Positions 63,517-64,000 of a stretch of DNA of 64,000 nucleotides are shown piece by piece. The notes under the pieces were generated by a model, which saw only the letters and a program-made list of their open reading frames with translations, did not search any database and was not told where the DNA came from. The translations under genes were made by a program, and so were the position numbers. This DNA is from Carcharhinus amblyrhynchos (taxonomy: Eukaryota): contig OZ336890.1 in assembly GCA_965287045.1 (NCBI GenBank), positions 13,764,001 through 13,828,000 on the forward strand. The letters run 5' to 3'. Within the stretch, counting starts at the first letter, position 1. Each line of letters opens with the position of its first letter.

Positions 63517-64000
63517 CTGCAACAGTAAGTGAGATTATTAAGGATATGTCTTAATGAAACAATTCTCTAGTAATATTCTATACATATTTTAACTATTTCA
63601 ACTTAAATATATCGTGCAATGTTACTCTTTGGAAGTTTAGTTAGCATAAGCAATCTTGATGGTTAAATTTGAGATGGTTTGCATCCCATCACAACTATCT
63701 TAAATATAGAAATAACATGAGTTGATATTGATCTTGTTTTAGCAAATTGAACCAAAATTACAAATATACACCAATTTGGAAAGAAACACTTTTATACCGA
63801 ATAGAATTGAAGTAGTTATTTTTAAATGTTTGAAAATTAATAAGCATAAATCAACCAAGCAGATAACTGGAGTTTAAATGTCAAACTCATTGCCTTGCAA
63901 ACAAAGGAAACAAACCCAACAATAAATATTGTGGAATTTTACAGATATTAATGCATAAGCACCAAGTCCCATGGCAAAACAACCAGCCCGGTATATGGGC

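Noticed and set aside
63450-63530. Plus-strand exon ending at ACA|gtaagt
   Set aside because: All three plus frames contain stops; strand composition favours a minus-strand UTR
1-64000. CRISPR array, operon, rRNA or snRNA genes, SECIS or IRE elements
   Set aside because: No regularly spaced repeats, prokaryotic gene organisation or recognisable structured RNA seen by eye; an Infernal/Rfam scan would be needed to exclude small RNAs

Overview
Eukaryotic, repeat-dense vertebrate DNA, most likely a shark or other cartilaginous fish. This is inferred from the CR1/HER1-type LINEs, HE1/V-SINE-type and Deu-type SINEs, and Penelope, RTE, Rex/Babar, Tx1 and Ty3/gypsy remnants. Nearly all long ORFs in the track are retroelement reverse-transcriptase fragments; most others are spurious. 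Host-gene signal is on the minus strand. A CpG-rich promoter and first exon lie at about 33.4-33.7 kb (CRE, E-box, GC-box, Kozak ATG, GT donor; encodes MDEDKY-G). A candidate second exon at 10432-10736 is in phase with it and would give a 107-aa ORF. A series of candidate 3' exons and UTR at 51.6-63.5 kb suggests the end of an upstream gene. I could not name either gene. No prokaryotic-type system (CRISPR, operon, defence island) is present. The most interesting signals are the candidate small spliced ORF, the multiple alternative 3' exons, and several unusual transposon configurations. Coordinates of decayed repeats are approximate and family names come from recognition by eye, not database searches.
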